Shown: positions 38,571-52,784, counted from the first letter of the whole stretch. The stretch: 63,971 nt of DNA, filler included, from Octopus bimaculoides (GCF_001194135.2; 7 parts of 6 records of this genome joined end to end with filler, not necessarily neighbours in it), one strand, 5' to 3'. A program made the numbers and translations. Notes: generated by a model not told the origin, from the letters alone.

Positions 38571-40484
38571 ATATATTCAGGCTAACCGATTCATACACTC
38601 GCAGATACCAGTCAAGTACTGGGGTCGATAGATCCGATTAATCCCTTTCTCTTTCAATCGCAAGCCTTGTGCTTTATTCAGAGAGCAAGATTTCTACAAT
38701 GATCGTTTGGTTTCGAAAGATCTACTTAAAGTGTTTCTCCAGTTAAACACTACAAATATGTCAGAAACAACATAATCATTATGTACAGATAAGTATCCAC
38801 ATGGGGCGCTCGTATATTATACTCATGATCGTGATCGGAAGAAGAAACATATCATAATCATAAACATCTACGCTATCCTAGAAATTAAAGACATTATACC
38901 AAGAAAGAGAAAGAATACATTGTAAGTGCAATATAAGCATATCCATAACGTCTCTTGGACAATAAATGGAAATTAATTAATAATTAATAGTTCTTAACGC
39001 CATAATTATCTTTGTGCATGCGTATGTGTGTATGTATGTGTGTGCATATGTGCATTTGTGTGCGTTACGTTGTCATTTAAACCTACAGACAGACAAGCAT
39101 CAGCTGGAATAGTCTTCAAGATGTTTAAAAAGAACAACTTACTTATCAAGAAAGATGTTGAGAGTGACCTCGAAGTTTTACTATGTGAAGGATTCGTCAT
39201 AAAACAGTTTGACATATATATATGTGTGTGTGCGTGTGTGAGTGTGTGTGCATATAAGTCCGTGTGTGTGTGCGCGCGCGCATGTGTGTGAATATGTGTA
39301 TGTGTGTGAAGTACAGGCCTACATGTTAATTGTTACATCATGAATGTATGTATGTTTGGCTTTGTGTGTATGCATGTATACCTGTATGCGTATGTATATA
39401 TATGTGTGCCTGTGTGTATGTATGCATAGCTGTATGTGTGTACATATATGTGTGTCTGTGTGTGTATGTATGTTTGCATGTATGTTTGTACGTTTACCTG
39501 CATGTATGTACGTATATGTCTGTTTGTGCATATATATGTGTACATGTGTATAGTGTGTTTATGATGAGGGCGTGTGTGTGTGGGTGTTTGCGTCTACGCA
39601 CTCTTGAAGATGAGTAATACAGCATCTCGTCTACAAATACACGAGATGGAGTGAGATATTATAGGTGTTTTCGTTCCAAGAATATTAAAGCCAAAAAGTG
39701 TTGCTACTGAAATAATGGTAGAATTTTCATATATTGTCTCAGTTAAGAAACTCAGCAATACATAATTTTCAAGTTCCTAACACATTCTGTGAAGATCGTT
39801 CATTTTGACAGCACAGATTTCCTGAAGAAGAAAAATGTATTTTTCATCCGTTTAGTTATATGTACATTTACATTATGCTTCATCTTATATTTGGCACTGG
39901 CCTTAATCTATTTTTTTATCTTTTAGGGGTGGGGTATATCTAATCGATTTTTTATCATTTTTCTTTTCACTGTTTTTCTTTTTACCAGGATAAATATTCT
40001 CATCCATGCTCTCAGATTACAAATACACACATATTTGCATTTCTATTGAAAACTACGCGTTAAAACAGACATATAAAAATAGATATTTTTAGTCACAAGT
40101 AGGTATGGGTTTGCATGCATACGAGAGTGTGTATATGTATATAGGTACAAATATTTTTTTTTTCCCTTTTGTATGCTTTTACTCATCTCTCTTCTCGCAT
40201 CCAGCTTCGTTTTTATCACAGTTAACACATATTCATAAAAAAAATGGAACTAGAAAATATATAAGAAAAAACATGAGAAGAAAATTTCAGTAAGTATATT
40301 TTATATTTATCATCGTTTCTGACAATAATTTGAAAGCACATACACAAACACACACGAACATACGCACAAATATATATAATCATGGACATATACATGTGTG
40401 TGTGCTGTAGATATATAAACACACACACAAACACGCACACGTACACATACGCACACACACACACACACACACAANNNNNNNNNN

Positions 40485-40524
<40 letters not shown>

Positions 40525-40690
40525 TACACATATATAAACATATATATATGTGCGTATATGTATATACATATATATACATACATATATATATATATGTGTG
40601 TGTATGAGTGTATGCATATACATATACACACACACACATATATATACAGATATATTCATATATATGTACATATATATACACATATATACG

Positions 40691-40726
<36 letters not shown>

Positions 40727-41007
40727 TGCATGTATATATGCATGTATATGTATATAAAAGCTATGTCGTGTAAAAGGCTTACTCGCCACCATATTGCTTC
40801 TCTTTGACATAGGTAATTTTAGAAAATAGATCTGTTTTCTAGTGATTTATCTACTACTTCACCAGATACAAATTTATCATTATTATTTGTTCACATAAAC
40901 ACATACACACACACACACACACAGACGCCCACACACACACACACACACAGACGCCCACACACACACATAAATACATACATAGATTTACTCATATATAGAT
41001 ATTAGCA

Positions 41008-41055
<48 letters not shown>

Positions 41056-41352
41056 NNNNNNNNNNNNNNNNNNNNNNNNNNNNNNNNNNNNNNNNNNNNN
41101 NNNNNNNNNNNNNNNNNNNNNNNNNNNNNNNNNNNNNNNNNNNNNNNNNNNNNNNNNNNNNNNNNNNNNNNNNNNNNNNNNNNNNNNNNNNNNNNNNNNN
41201 NNNNNNNNNNNNNNNNNNNNNNNNNNNNNNNNNNNNNNNNNNNNNNNNNNNGGTACAAATCTGCGTCTGTGTGTGTCAGAATATGTCTGGACGTTTGTAT
41301 AACTCAGTGTCTCTGTATATCTGTGTTTATGCATTTTTCTATTTGTCTATGG

Positions 41353-41401
<49 letters not shown>

Positions 41402-41654
41402 TGTGTGTGTGTGTGTGCAGAAGTGTGTGTGATATTGGAAATTGAAGAGATAGGTAGAAGCGTACATACACAAAAACATGCATGGATATATTTCTCTGTG
41501 CATATCAACAAATCCTTATATGTATGTATGTATGTATGTATGTACGTATGTATGTATTCATGCATGCATGCATGTATGTATGTATGTGTATATATGTATG
41601 TGTGTATGTATGCATGTATGTGTATATATACATATATACACCAACATATATAAT

Positions 41655-41685
<31 letters not shown>

Positions 41686-41748
41686 CATTCATATTTAACG
41701 TATATACTTAGGTGTGTACATTGAAGAAAATACCTCACTATGTGACTA

Positions 41749-42656
41749 CCGTACCCTGCATAGTAACGGGCTGCCCTTTGGCAAGATATAGCACTCGTTC
41801 AGCCAATCTGATGCGTCGAAGTCATGAGACTGCAGCATGGCGGATTGTGAGGAAGTAAACGAAGTGCTCAATCGAGTCAAAACTACTTCTTACGTTGATG
41901 TTGAGTTGAGGAATCCTAGAAAATCAATGATCAGGATTACCTTACTGGGAGAATATGAAACGTTAATAGATAGGAAAGTAATCTCTATACACTACCAGCA
42001 AATCTGTCATTTTTATAAGAAATCTAAGAATTTATTTGATATTAGACCAAAGAAACCTAAGACATGCAGTGACTACAAAAAGGAATATTTTGAAATCTAG
42101 TATGTTGGCAGCAAACACAGGAACGAATGACTTCTCAGAAATTACCTGTTCGTGTGTTGGTTCTGGAAATAAATGGCGTAAGGCTGTGAACAAGAACAAG
42201 GCTAGCACGGAAAATCCCAACAAAATATTCAATTACCATAAATTTACTGGCAATTTTATGACACAGAGTTGTCTTAAACTCATTCAGATTGGAAATATGG
42301 ATGAAATTTCTTCGAACTTTGATGTAGCGCCTAATAAGTTTGTAAAGATAAAGAGGATAAAATCAGTGGATTATAAAGCTGCTGGACTTAAGAAGGCTCA
42401 CTATACGGCAGTTTCAGTTTGTTGTACTGACCAGATATTCCTACTGCCTCTGTTAATTTTTCAAGACAAAAAGACCATACTGGACGAAAAACCAACAACT
42501 GGAATTCATTTGATTGTACAACCCATGGGATGGATGTAAGTAAGTATGACAAGGCATTCTTCGAAAAAGCTTGGTACAAGCGTCTTGTAAAGAGCTACGA
42601 AAAATTTCTTAGATTCAGGGTGTATTTCACAGCGTCTATCATGCCCAAAAATACGG
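41749..42656 (+). mobile_element. Decayed pogo/Tigger-like (DDE_1) DNA transposon
   Basis: QIGNMDEISSNFDV..KAAGLKKAHYTAVSVCCTD..LLPLLIFQ..VQPMGWM matches pogo NMDETP..G.EK..FTV.L.C..DG..LPP..IF..GWM. Ends are TA|CCGTA ... TACGG|TA. Confidence 0.75.
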
Positions 42657-43577
42657 TATATTTGTAAGAATTCTGTCGTCCGCGCGATAGCCGTAGCGGC
42701 GTTAATTAATCAGAAACATCATTACCATAGATATCATCACTATAAGCTTCAGTTTCTATTACAATATATGTATATGTGGTAAACTCATTCGTGCCAGTCT
42801 TAAGTGGATTGCAAACTGAGATCTGATCCAGTTTCTATTTGTGCTTTAATTTATTTTATGTTAATTACGGAGTGAATTCTAACGAGGAAATGACAAACGT
42901 CGTATATTCTCCAGTTGATTCCATAGATTCGTGTTGATGACATAAAAAGAGCAGTCATTAACGTTGTATAATTACAGACATTCTTTGTCATTAGTCGCAA
43001 ATCTTTACAACAGACAATTTTATAAATAACTGAGACTCAGTCCAGTTTCTAAACCCATCACGAAGCACAACCTTTTTCACTCCAGCCATTATATTATTCA
43101 AACAACCAACAATATCAAAACAACCAGCAGTCTCACAAGTAATGGCAATGACAACATTCACTTGCCTTTAAGAAATATTTACCATTATTTTCTTTTACGT
43201 GATCCTGAATATGTTATAATTTTATAGAAGAGATGCGCCATTTACTTAGGTAACTGGATAGATATAGAGTTTAATTCAAGGTTTCTACATTTCTGTTTTA
43301 CATTATCTGGTGACTTCTAAATCTGTTACACACTGAAGATCATAACACGGGATTCGGTTTGTTTGATATNNNNNNNNNNNNNNNNNNNNNNNNNNNNNNN
43401 NNNNNNNNNNNNNNNNNNNNNNNNNNNNNNNNNNNNNNNNNNNNNNNNNNNNNNNNNNNNNNNNNNNNNNNNNNNNNNNNNNNNNNNNNNNNNNNNNNNN
43501 NNNNNNNNNNNNNNNNNNNNNNNNNNNNNNNNNNNNNNNNNNNNNNNNNNNNNNNNNNNNNNNNNNNNNNNNNNNNN

Positions 43578-43609
<32 letters not shown>

Positions 43610-43614
<5 letters not shown>

Positions 43615-43779
43615 TACTACGGGCTTCTTTCCGTTTCCGTCTACTAAATCCACTCACAATGCTTTGGTCGGCCCGGGGCTATAGTAGAAGACACTTGCCC
43701 AAGATGCCACGCAGTGGGACTGAACCCGGAACCATGTGGTTGGTGAGCAAGCTACTTACCACACAGCCACTCCTGCGCC
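43610..43779 (-). mobile_element. SINE 5' half (near-consensus)
   Basis: Reverse complement of GGCGCAGGAGTGGCTGTGTGGTAAGTAGCTTGC..GGTTCAGTCCC; adjoins (TA)n and a gap. Confidence 0.85.
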
Positions 43780-44112
43780 TATGTATATGTGTCCGCGCGT
43801 ATGTGCGCGTATTCATGATGTGTGTGTTACAGAGATAGGTGATTGTGGAAAATTCGATATTCGAAATTATTGGAGATCTTAGTTGGTCCTCGAAGACCAT
43901 TGACAAAGTGGGCATCAGAATCAGAGTACATCTTTCACTGATGGTCCTTGTACTAAATCTTTTTATTTTTCTGTCACCTTCCCATTTCTGGATGAATTTT
44001 TAAAAACTTCATCGATTCAATAGTTGCATTTCTTCTACTGATAAGACGTTCGCATACATCAACAATCCACGCAGAAACATTCATATTTAAATTTTCAGGA
44101 TTTTCCTTTTAG

Positions 44113-44242
44113 ATATTCCCTATACAACCACCTCAAATATCCGATTGGACGCCCTCCACCTTAAACTTATTGGTATACATGCATATTTCGTAGTCGATAA
44201 TCGACATTCTCGGAACGGGAATAATCCATCTCGGCTGGTAAG
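44113..44242 (+). CDS. Candidate 130-nt orphan internal exon (unknown gene)
   Basis: Acceptor TTTTCCTTTTAG and donor AG|GTAAGT. One frame is open throughout: (D)IPYTTTSNIRLDALHLKLIGIHAYFVVDNRHSRNGNNPSRLV(R). No homology recognised. Confidence 0.25.
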
Positions 44243-44792
44243 GTAAGTTATTATACCACTCATCCGTAGATGTGAAACATTATCGTTCAATGGAAATGTC
44301 ATAAAGATGTTGAGACATCTCAGTCAGATAAAACCAAGAACAGAGTTCCATATACTTTGGCAAAAGCCATGTTACAAATAACGAAATTATTGATCGGATC
44401 AGAGTTAACTAATGCATAAATAATATGCATGTGTACATATGTAAGTGTACTTACATACACACATGCATATATCCATAGATGCATACCTATATATATACAC
44501 GCATGTATACAGTATGTATGCCATATGTGTGTATGTGTGCGCACATTCGCGCACGTACACATATATGGCAAAAATGGAAGGTGGTGCAGAAGATGCGTTA
44601 CAACGAGTAGACAAAATTTCAAAAGGTTTTGAATAAAATGTTAATACAAAATAATTAACAAGTCTTGGGAAATTAATTGTATGCCGAAAAATGAAACAGA
44701 AAAAAAAGAAGCCTAGGCTTTCTAGTGAACACTTTTATCAGAGTAAAGTCAGAAAAAAAATTTACTTGTTGTGCGCGTGTATGTGTTCTATT

Positions 44793-45005
44793 CTTTTATT
44801 CTTTTACTTGTTTCAGTCATTTCACTGCGGCCATGCTGGTGCACCGCCTTTTAGTCGAGCAAATCGACCCCAGGACTTATTCTTCGGAAGCCTAGTACTT
44901 ATTCTATCGGTCTCTTTCGCCGAACCGCTAAGTTACGGGGACGTAAACACACCACCATCGGTTGTCAAGCGATGCTGGGGACACGGACACACACATACAT
45001 ACACA
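44793..45005 (-). mobile_element. SINE 3' half (near-consensus)
   Basis: Close to the reverse complement of 5236-5460; ends at (CA)n and a gap. Confidence 0.85.
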
Positions 45006-45287
45006 NNNNNNNNNNNNNNNNNNNNNNNNNNNNNNNNNNNNNNNNNNNNNNNNNNNNNNNNNNNNNNNNNNNNNNNNNNNNNNNNNNNNNNNNNNNNNNN
45101 NNNNNNNNNNNNNNNNNNNNNNNNNNNNNNNNNNNNNNNNNNNNNNNNNNNNNNNNNNNNNNNNNNNNNNNNNNNNNNNNNNNNNNNNNNNNNNNNNNNN
45201 NNNNNNNNNNNNNNNNNNNNNNNNNNNNNNNNNNNNNNNNNNNNNNNNNNNNNNNNNNNNNNNNNNNNNNNNNNNNNNNNNNNNNCC

Positions 45288-45319
<32 letters not shown>

Positions 45320-45420
45320 GTTATAGATATAGATATAGATATATACGCACAGACGCACACGCACATTAATACATACACACACATGTATGTATGTACGTAA
45401 GCATGTATGTGTGCATGTAT

Positions 45421-45456
<36 letters not shown>

Positions 45457-46247
45457 ACACACACAAGCACGCATGTATTCGAAAATGTTATGGCATCATC
45501 CGATTAAAGACCTTCAAACAAAATTGAAATACAAGCGGTTGAGTAGGGACCATCATCATACTCGATAACACAGCTAGAAATAGCAGCAGAATTTCACTGG
45601 AATTCAATCATCAATACCTTGAAGAACACATCAGATAATGCAGTGTTTTATATCTCAGCAAATATTGTATGGTGACAGCTGACAGGCTCTGTAGCATTGC
45701 TTATGCATAACTAACTGGAACGAAACAACAAAAACATTTATAACGTATGTTTGTCTGTGGAGTATGTAAACGGGAATACGTTAATAGAAACTTTTACCAT
45801 CAGAGCTAATAAATAATAGAAATAAATAAAAAGACAACGTACCACACAATATTTTTTATCATAAAAACCTCTGTAACAGAGTTTGGAAGTCACTACATTT
45901 AAAGATTAAATATTTTAAAGGATTTATCGAGTCACTATACCTGTACTTGGACCCGTATGTTAGAAATCTAAGCTCTGCTATATCTACTAATGTATTTGAT
46001 GACATTTAAAAAAATCTCGAAAGTAAAACACTTATTGGATTGCTTTAATCATCAGTTAACAGAGGAAAGATTAGCAACACTTAATTAGGTCATGTAATTA
46101 CCTTAACGAACATTAACAACGCTTAATTAGTGTACCGAATTCGCAGTAGTAGCTGAGAAGAGTTGCGTTCAGATACAAATAACTCTAGAGTATACCGTTA
46201 TGCAGACACACATACACACTTACATATAAATATATAATTACATGTGT

Positions 46248-46304
<57 letters not shown>

Positions 46305-47552
46305 NNNNNNNNNNTGTGTGTGTGTGTGTGTGTGTGCGTCGGTGCGTGTCTGTGTAGTTATATGCATACACATAAATACATATATATCTCTATATGTGTA
46401 TGTACGTGCGTGTCTGTGCGTGTACTGCACGGTTCCATTGTTGGTGAGATCAACAAGAGAAGCTGTCTATCATTTCATAATTACAGGATTTATGTGTGAG
46501 CTACTATAGGCCTCGTGCTCTGATTCGGACCCGCTTGTATGGCGTGTTGGGCATTAATCCAGCACTCGTTGAGGATGAAATCAAACATGACTACTCTCTG
46601 AGAACATGTTAAAATTCATCTATACAGATTTTCTATGGAATTCATAGTCAACACTGAAAGATAAGACGTAGCTCTGAATTCTATAGAAAATCTACAGAGA
46701 TGAACTTTAAAACGAGAACATTGCACTACACACAAAAAAGTAAGGCACAATATTGACTTGTAAACCTTTAATCTACTTGGTAGCATATTGAGACCTTTCT
46801 AGCAGTTAATATTTACGTACCAGGGTCAGGAAAGTGTTTAATATGTAAATTGGTAATACAGTTCTATGAAAATTGGTCTATCGAATGGTGTTACACTGCT
46901 AAACGTAGTAGGTACTTAAGCAATGCGTTCGTGGATAGTTGATAGCGTGGAAGAAGTGCTGATGAAAGAGCAATAACGCTTAAGATATGCGTATACGGCC
47001 ATTACCTATTTTTCTATTAACGATTGCATTGATTACATAAAAGCATTTGTATTCGAAACGTCGTAAATTGCACTGCTGGCCGTGAATTCTATGGAAAATC
47101 TGCCGAAATCTGCAGAATGAGAATATCGCATTGCTAACTCGAAAGTGCAACACAATGTTAACTGGTAGACCTTTAATATACATGGTTGTATATCATGGTT
47201 GCAAAACATAAAGCTATGTTAGAAATACAGATAAAGAGAAAACAAACCTTAGAAAAACGAATTTGTAAAAAGGAAAGCTTTTCGGGTGAGAGAAATAAAA
47301 TTTGCATTCTTGTAATCCGTTTGAAAGGAGAATAGTTTAATTTATGAATTAACAAAGTTTGGTCGTTGATCAGTTGGGGAAAGACAAAAGTTTGTAACAA
47401 CGTGTGCCAAATCCGGACAGGATGATGTTCTCCATATCGATAACAATAACTTCTAAAGATGTTTGCGTCTAGGAAACATTTCTCATTTCGAGTTCAGGAG
47501 ACAGGTACTGTTCATAAATTTAAAATAAAATGTGTCATTTCATTTATGCAAA

Positions 47553-47704
47553 GCCTGCTTAGGCACCGGACACATCCTACATACAACATTCTCAATGCAG
47601 TAACAATAAGAGCATCACAACAAACCACAGTTCATACCCAAGGCACACAGATCTGCACTCGATAATACAGTAAAAGCACGTGATGAAAATAAGACTATTG
47701 AATA

Positions 47705-47783
<79 letters not shown>

Positions 47784-47796
47784 TAATAATAATAAT
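47553..47796 (+). mobile_element. Second R4/Dong-like 3' end with a long (TAA)n tail
   Basis: LGTGHILHTTFSMQ* and the 3' UTR ATAAGAGCATCACAACAAACCACAG..CCCAAGGCACACAG align with 190-335. (TAA)n at 47709-47796. Confidence 0.8.
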
Positions 47797-49228
47797 ATAC
47801 GTGTATGTCTGTCAACATAGTGTTCACGCTTGTGTTCGAAGCTTTCCGTTCGTGTTCGTGTGTATATTTGTTTGTGTGTGCGCCACGTATGTATGCCTAC
47901 GTCACAACTATACTTTACATCTATTATCTACAAGACTTCACGACCTGCTACACAGTTTTCTATTCAGTATTTGCATTGTCTCCTCACCATTCTCTCCAAT
48001 AAACACCTTTACTCAGCTAGTAATGATCACCAGCTCCAGTTTAAAGATGTCAGGCTGTTACATCATGCAATGGTGCGCAAGTACATTAGTTTGATATGCG
48101 CCATATTGGTAGACGTTAGCAAACTAACCTACACAAGTCACACACGCTTAAATTCACACTAAGACCTCATAGTAAAATATAGACATTAAATCAATTCTGC
48201 TTTACGACATAATGACCTTCCATAGAATCATTCAGAGCTCCCTGGTTAATTTAAATATCCCAGTTGTACTTAGCAAAATCGTTGTTTCCGGATTAACAAG
48301 GAATGTCTGTAAAAATTATATCCACGCAGGAATTAGAACTAAAAGCCTGCTTTTCTGCATCGTAACTCAGAAACTTAGCAACGAATTTCAATGTGACATG
48401 TGAAGAATATAATCTAAAGTTTCTCCACTTTAGATAATGAAATGCTGTTTCAGATAAAGATGAACATATTATATGTGTAAATATATGTGTGTACATGTAT
48501 GTGTGTACATGTATGTTTGTATGTAGGAAGGTACGTATGTTAAAATGTATATGTATGTATATACATATGTACAGTTATATATGATAGTATATGATAAAAT
48601 ATATGCGCATATATACATATGTATCTATACATGAGTGTATGTATGACTCTTTGCATGTGTGAGGAAGAAAGGGCCGGGAAATAAATATATCGACAGATAG
48701 ATATACTTACATATACACATTCGCACACGTAGGTGCAGACATATACACAAACACGCAAACACACACACATATGTGTGTATAGATATATATGTGTGTGTAT
48801 GTATGCATGATGTGTGTGTGTACGTATCTATGTATGTATGCATGTTTATATGTATGTATATGTACATATGCGCCTTTACGTATCACACGCATATAATAAA
48901 CCAAGCAGCCAATCAAATTGAATATTCAAAATTATGTAAATTGGTTAGAAATCGGTAATAGCAACTCACAATCTGGAGGGGGGGGTGCGAATGAGATAGG
49001 GTAGTAAAATGGACGCAGGTAAAGAAAGACTAAGTAAAACAAGAGGTTCAAACACATGGTGAATTTCAAAGGACCTTAAACGGGATAAACTAACCTTTTG
49101 AGTCAGAATAAGTGAATGAGAGTTTGAGAGACAAAGAGAGAGAGAACCAGTGAGATGCAACGGGGAAAACGGGCGTAAAAGAGAGGGAAGCACATAGAGA
49201 TTGAAAGAATTAGAGAGAGAGAGGGAGG

Positions 49229-49265
<37 letters not shown>

Positions 49266-49634
49266 TGGAGAGAATAGCATTTACTAATGCGCGCCGTGGA
49301 AGGTAAGGATAAATTTAAGAAACTGTTTAAGTTGGCGAAGGCGCCATGATATATCTACCTTTGATAATCTCCATTGGGATCCCATAAGCATCAGTTGAAA
49401 TTGGTTTCCAAAGACTTTACCATTCTCTGGAAGGATGCTCTTAAATTCTGAAGTTACAATTGCTGAAGACCAACCTCACGAGAATTGTCGAAGATGAAAA
49501 ACAGTGATGGCTTCACTGTCCATTTAAAGCAGACGATACTTTAACTATAAGTACTTCACATATTTGCAATTCACATATATGCACTTCATATGTGTGTGTG
49601 TGTATGTATGTATAAGAACATACATAATACATAG

Positions 49635-49717
<83 letters not shown>

Positions 49718-49814
49718 CGTGTGTGTATGTGTATATATATGTGTGAGTTTGTGTGCATATATATTATACAGACATGTATATTCATATATACATATATGTA
49801 TATAGATGTTTCTA

Positions 49815-49860
49815 TAGATAGATAGATAGATAGATAGCTAGAGGATGGATGGATGGCTGG

Positions 49861-49896
<36 letters not shown>

Positions 49897-50010
49897 ATGG
49901 ATAACCAGACAGACAGACACACAGACAGACACACAGACAGACACACAGACAGACACACAGACAGTCACACAGACAGACACACAGACAGCCAGACAGACAG
50001 ACAGACAGAC

Positions 50011-50069
<59 letters not shown>

Positions 50070-50070
50070 G
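49815..50070. repeat. Compound tetranucleotide array (GATA)-(GGAT)-(GACA)-(GATA)
   Basis: Direct inspection. Confidence 0.9.
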
Positions 50071-51347
50071 CGACCGACAGATGTTTGTGTTAGCGTATGT
50101 CTGTATGCAAGTCGCTGAGTGTGTATGTGTGTGTGTGTGTGGATGTGAGTGAATATAAGTGTTTGTGTGACTATCCTTTCTATTTGGTCTACTAAACAAC
50201 ATTTGTTTGCATGTGTATTTCCGGTATGCAAAATCAAGACATTCATTTTTTGACCTCTCCTCTCCTCATTTACTTGTCCTCTTCAACGTCAGTATCAACA
50301 TGCACCATTATCTGGGAAAAAAAGATTTGCACACTTACAACATTATCCTTCATTACACATCAGCCTAAATAGACGTATGCATACCTACTTATATAGAGAC
50401 ACACATTCTTATCTACGCATATTTACAGATATACACACACACATAAATACATACATCACTTTTTTTTTAATATCTTCTATGTTTTACTTGCTTCAGTTAT
50501 TTGACTGCGGCCTTGCTGGGGGACTGTCTTGAAAGGTTTTAGCCGAATAAATTGACTCCATGACTTATTTTTGAGCCTAGCACATATTCTATCGGGTTTC
50601 TTTTGCCGAACCACTATGTTACGGGGGTGTAAACACAACAACACAGGTTGTCAAGTTGTCAAGGAGTGGTGGGGGACAAACACAGACTCAAAGACACACA
50701 CACACACGCACACACACACACGCACAAACACACACGCACACACACACACGCACACACACACACGCACACACACGCACACACATATATATTATTTAAAAGA
50801 GTTCTAACTCTTTCTGTTTTTTGTTTTATTTATATTCTTATAAAATTAATGTGGGATATAGAATATAGAATATAAAATATGAATAGTAAAATGAAATGAA
50901 GTATTGAATGTCTTATTGAATATATGAAATATTGAGTATTAGATATATAAGGACTAGTATACTTTTCTGCTTTATAGCAGTCATCAAGGTCCCGTCTGAC
51001 AGATGTACTGTAGTCAACTAGGCATTCAATAATATATATATATATATATATATAAGGCTGAGGAGGGTATTGGATTTAACCAAACCCCGGAGGATACAGG
51101 TAATACCGAGTAAGTGCTGTATACCGATTAGTTTGCCCCAGTCGTTGTATGAACAGGATTGGGTATTATAAGTCGTGTATTAGCGTGTGTATATGTAAAT
51201 ATATAAAAACAAAAAGATAAAGAGAGCAAAGGTAAGGTTGAAGAAATNNNNNNNNNNNNNNNNNNNNNNNNNNNNNNNNNNNNNNNNNNNNTTAATTAAT
51301 TAANNNNNNNNNNNNNNNNNNNNNNNNNNNNNNNNNNNNNNNNNNNN

Positions 51348-51625
51348 TCCGCTTTTCATGCTAGCATGGGTTGGACGATTTGACTGAGGACTGGTGAAAC
51401 CAGATGGCTACACCAGGCTCCAATCTGATTTGGCAGAGTTTCTACAGCTGGATGCCCTTCCTAACGCCAACCACTCTGAGAGTGCAGTGGGTGCTTTTAC
51501 GTGTCAGCAGCACGAACGCCAGTCAGGTGGTACTGGCAACGGCCACGCTCAAAATGGTGTATTTTATGTGCCACCCGCACAAGAGCCAGTCCAGGGGCAC
51601 TGGCAACGATCTCACTCGAAAGTCT
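51348..51625 (-). mobile_element. RTE 3' UTR / RTE-tailed SINE
   Basis: Near-identical to 53335-53432 and the reverse complement of 10770-10933. Confidence 0.75.
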
Positions 51626-52079
51626 TTAACATATATATATATATATATATATATGTAAATATACTTTTCTACTCAAAGCACAAGGCCCGAAATTTTTGGC
51701 GAGGGAGCCCTCTCGATTAGATCAACCCCAGTATGCAACTGGCACTTCTAAGCAATTCGCTCGACATACTGACATTTCTGCCAGGTCGCTGCCTTTCAAT
51801 ATATATAAATATTGAACAATGGCAAAGAGTGGTCAACACTACATGGTTAAACAAAGATTCGTTATTTGTGTATTATGGCTCCCATTGGTTTCATGTTAAG
51901 GAATACCCCAACAATTACCAAGCGTATTATTACATGGAACATAAGTGTTCATCTCCAGTTTGGATTAAAACACAGAAAGTCACAAGAACTGGTACTTATT
52001 TCATCGACCCCAAAGTTGACCTCGGTGCAATTTCAACTCAGAACATAAAGACAAATGAAATGCTGCTTATTTGTCCACA

Positions 52080-52256
52080 TTGTTTTGAATTAATTATGTA
52101 TTATCTTGTAGTGTTCAAATTTTGATGAGGTAACTATTAATTTTTAGAAAAGATTTTGTAGGGTTGGTGTGAGAGGCTAGATCTGGACAATTCGAACATA
52201 AAGACAAGTTGAATATTTTAGCTGGATATGGCCAGTTTAAATGCTAAAGGGTTAGT
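52080..52256 (-). mobile_element. MITE-like repeat (possible piggyBac-type terminus)
   Basis: Ends AATGCTAAAGGGTTA (reverse complement TAACCCTTTAGCATT, a TTAA-CCC-like terminus). Homologous to 57060-57270 and 58700-58916. Confidence 0.45.
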
Positions 52257-52512
52257 GCTGGTCATATTTTCAGACTCATAGAAGCATCTGTTATCTATTA
52301 GCCATGAAATCCCTGTGACATACAGAAATCCATAAAACCCCAGAGACGCTTATATCCATCTTTTAACCATTCTTATTGGATTTCATAACTATAGATGAGG
52401 GACGCTCTGTGATATGGATAGTGTTGACTACTTTTAATTCATATGATCTTGATTAACTAATTAGCATTTTTCTCTCTATTCCCTTATCAATTTTTTTGCA
52501 AATTATACTTAC

Positions 52513-52608
52513 CTGTCTTTATTTGGCACTCCTTGAATATGTTTTAGCATAGTATAGCGTGCAACCAGTAGTGAGTGACGATGAATATTATAGCTGTGAT
52601 GCGCAATT
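52513..52608 (-). CDS. B4GALT: GT7 beta-1,4-glycosyltransferase, exon D (metal-binding M..H loop)
   Basis: Acceptor TCTATTTTTCAG, donor AG|GTAAGT. 96 nt, phase 2/2. (R)IAHHSYNIHRHSLLVARYTMLKHIQGVPNKD(R); RYTMLKH carries the M344/H347 equivalents. Confidence 0.9.
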
Positions 52609-52784
52609 CTGAAAAATAGAAATCAGTCACTGAATATTTTTAATATTGGCAATTGATGAACTGAAATATATTGAGTGAAAAAGCAATTTTATATTATGAT
52701 CTCTTTGCAGCTTCTACTGACCAGTCTTTCTTCCTTCTACAAAATGGTGGGTAATCATGCAGCTCTATTACAAGAATCTACTCT

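Noticed and set aside
50270-50311. Strong minus-strand acceptor (TTTTTTTCCCAG) as the last glycosyltransferase exon
   Set aside because: In the required phase it gives an immediate stop and lacks the DGLNSL region; it also lies across a scaffold join.
52300-52390. YEIQ*EWLKDGYKRL as the missing DG-containing exon
   Set aside because: In-frame stop, wrong spacing to DG, and no similarity after DG.
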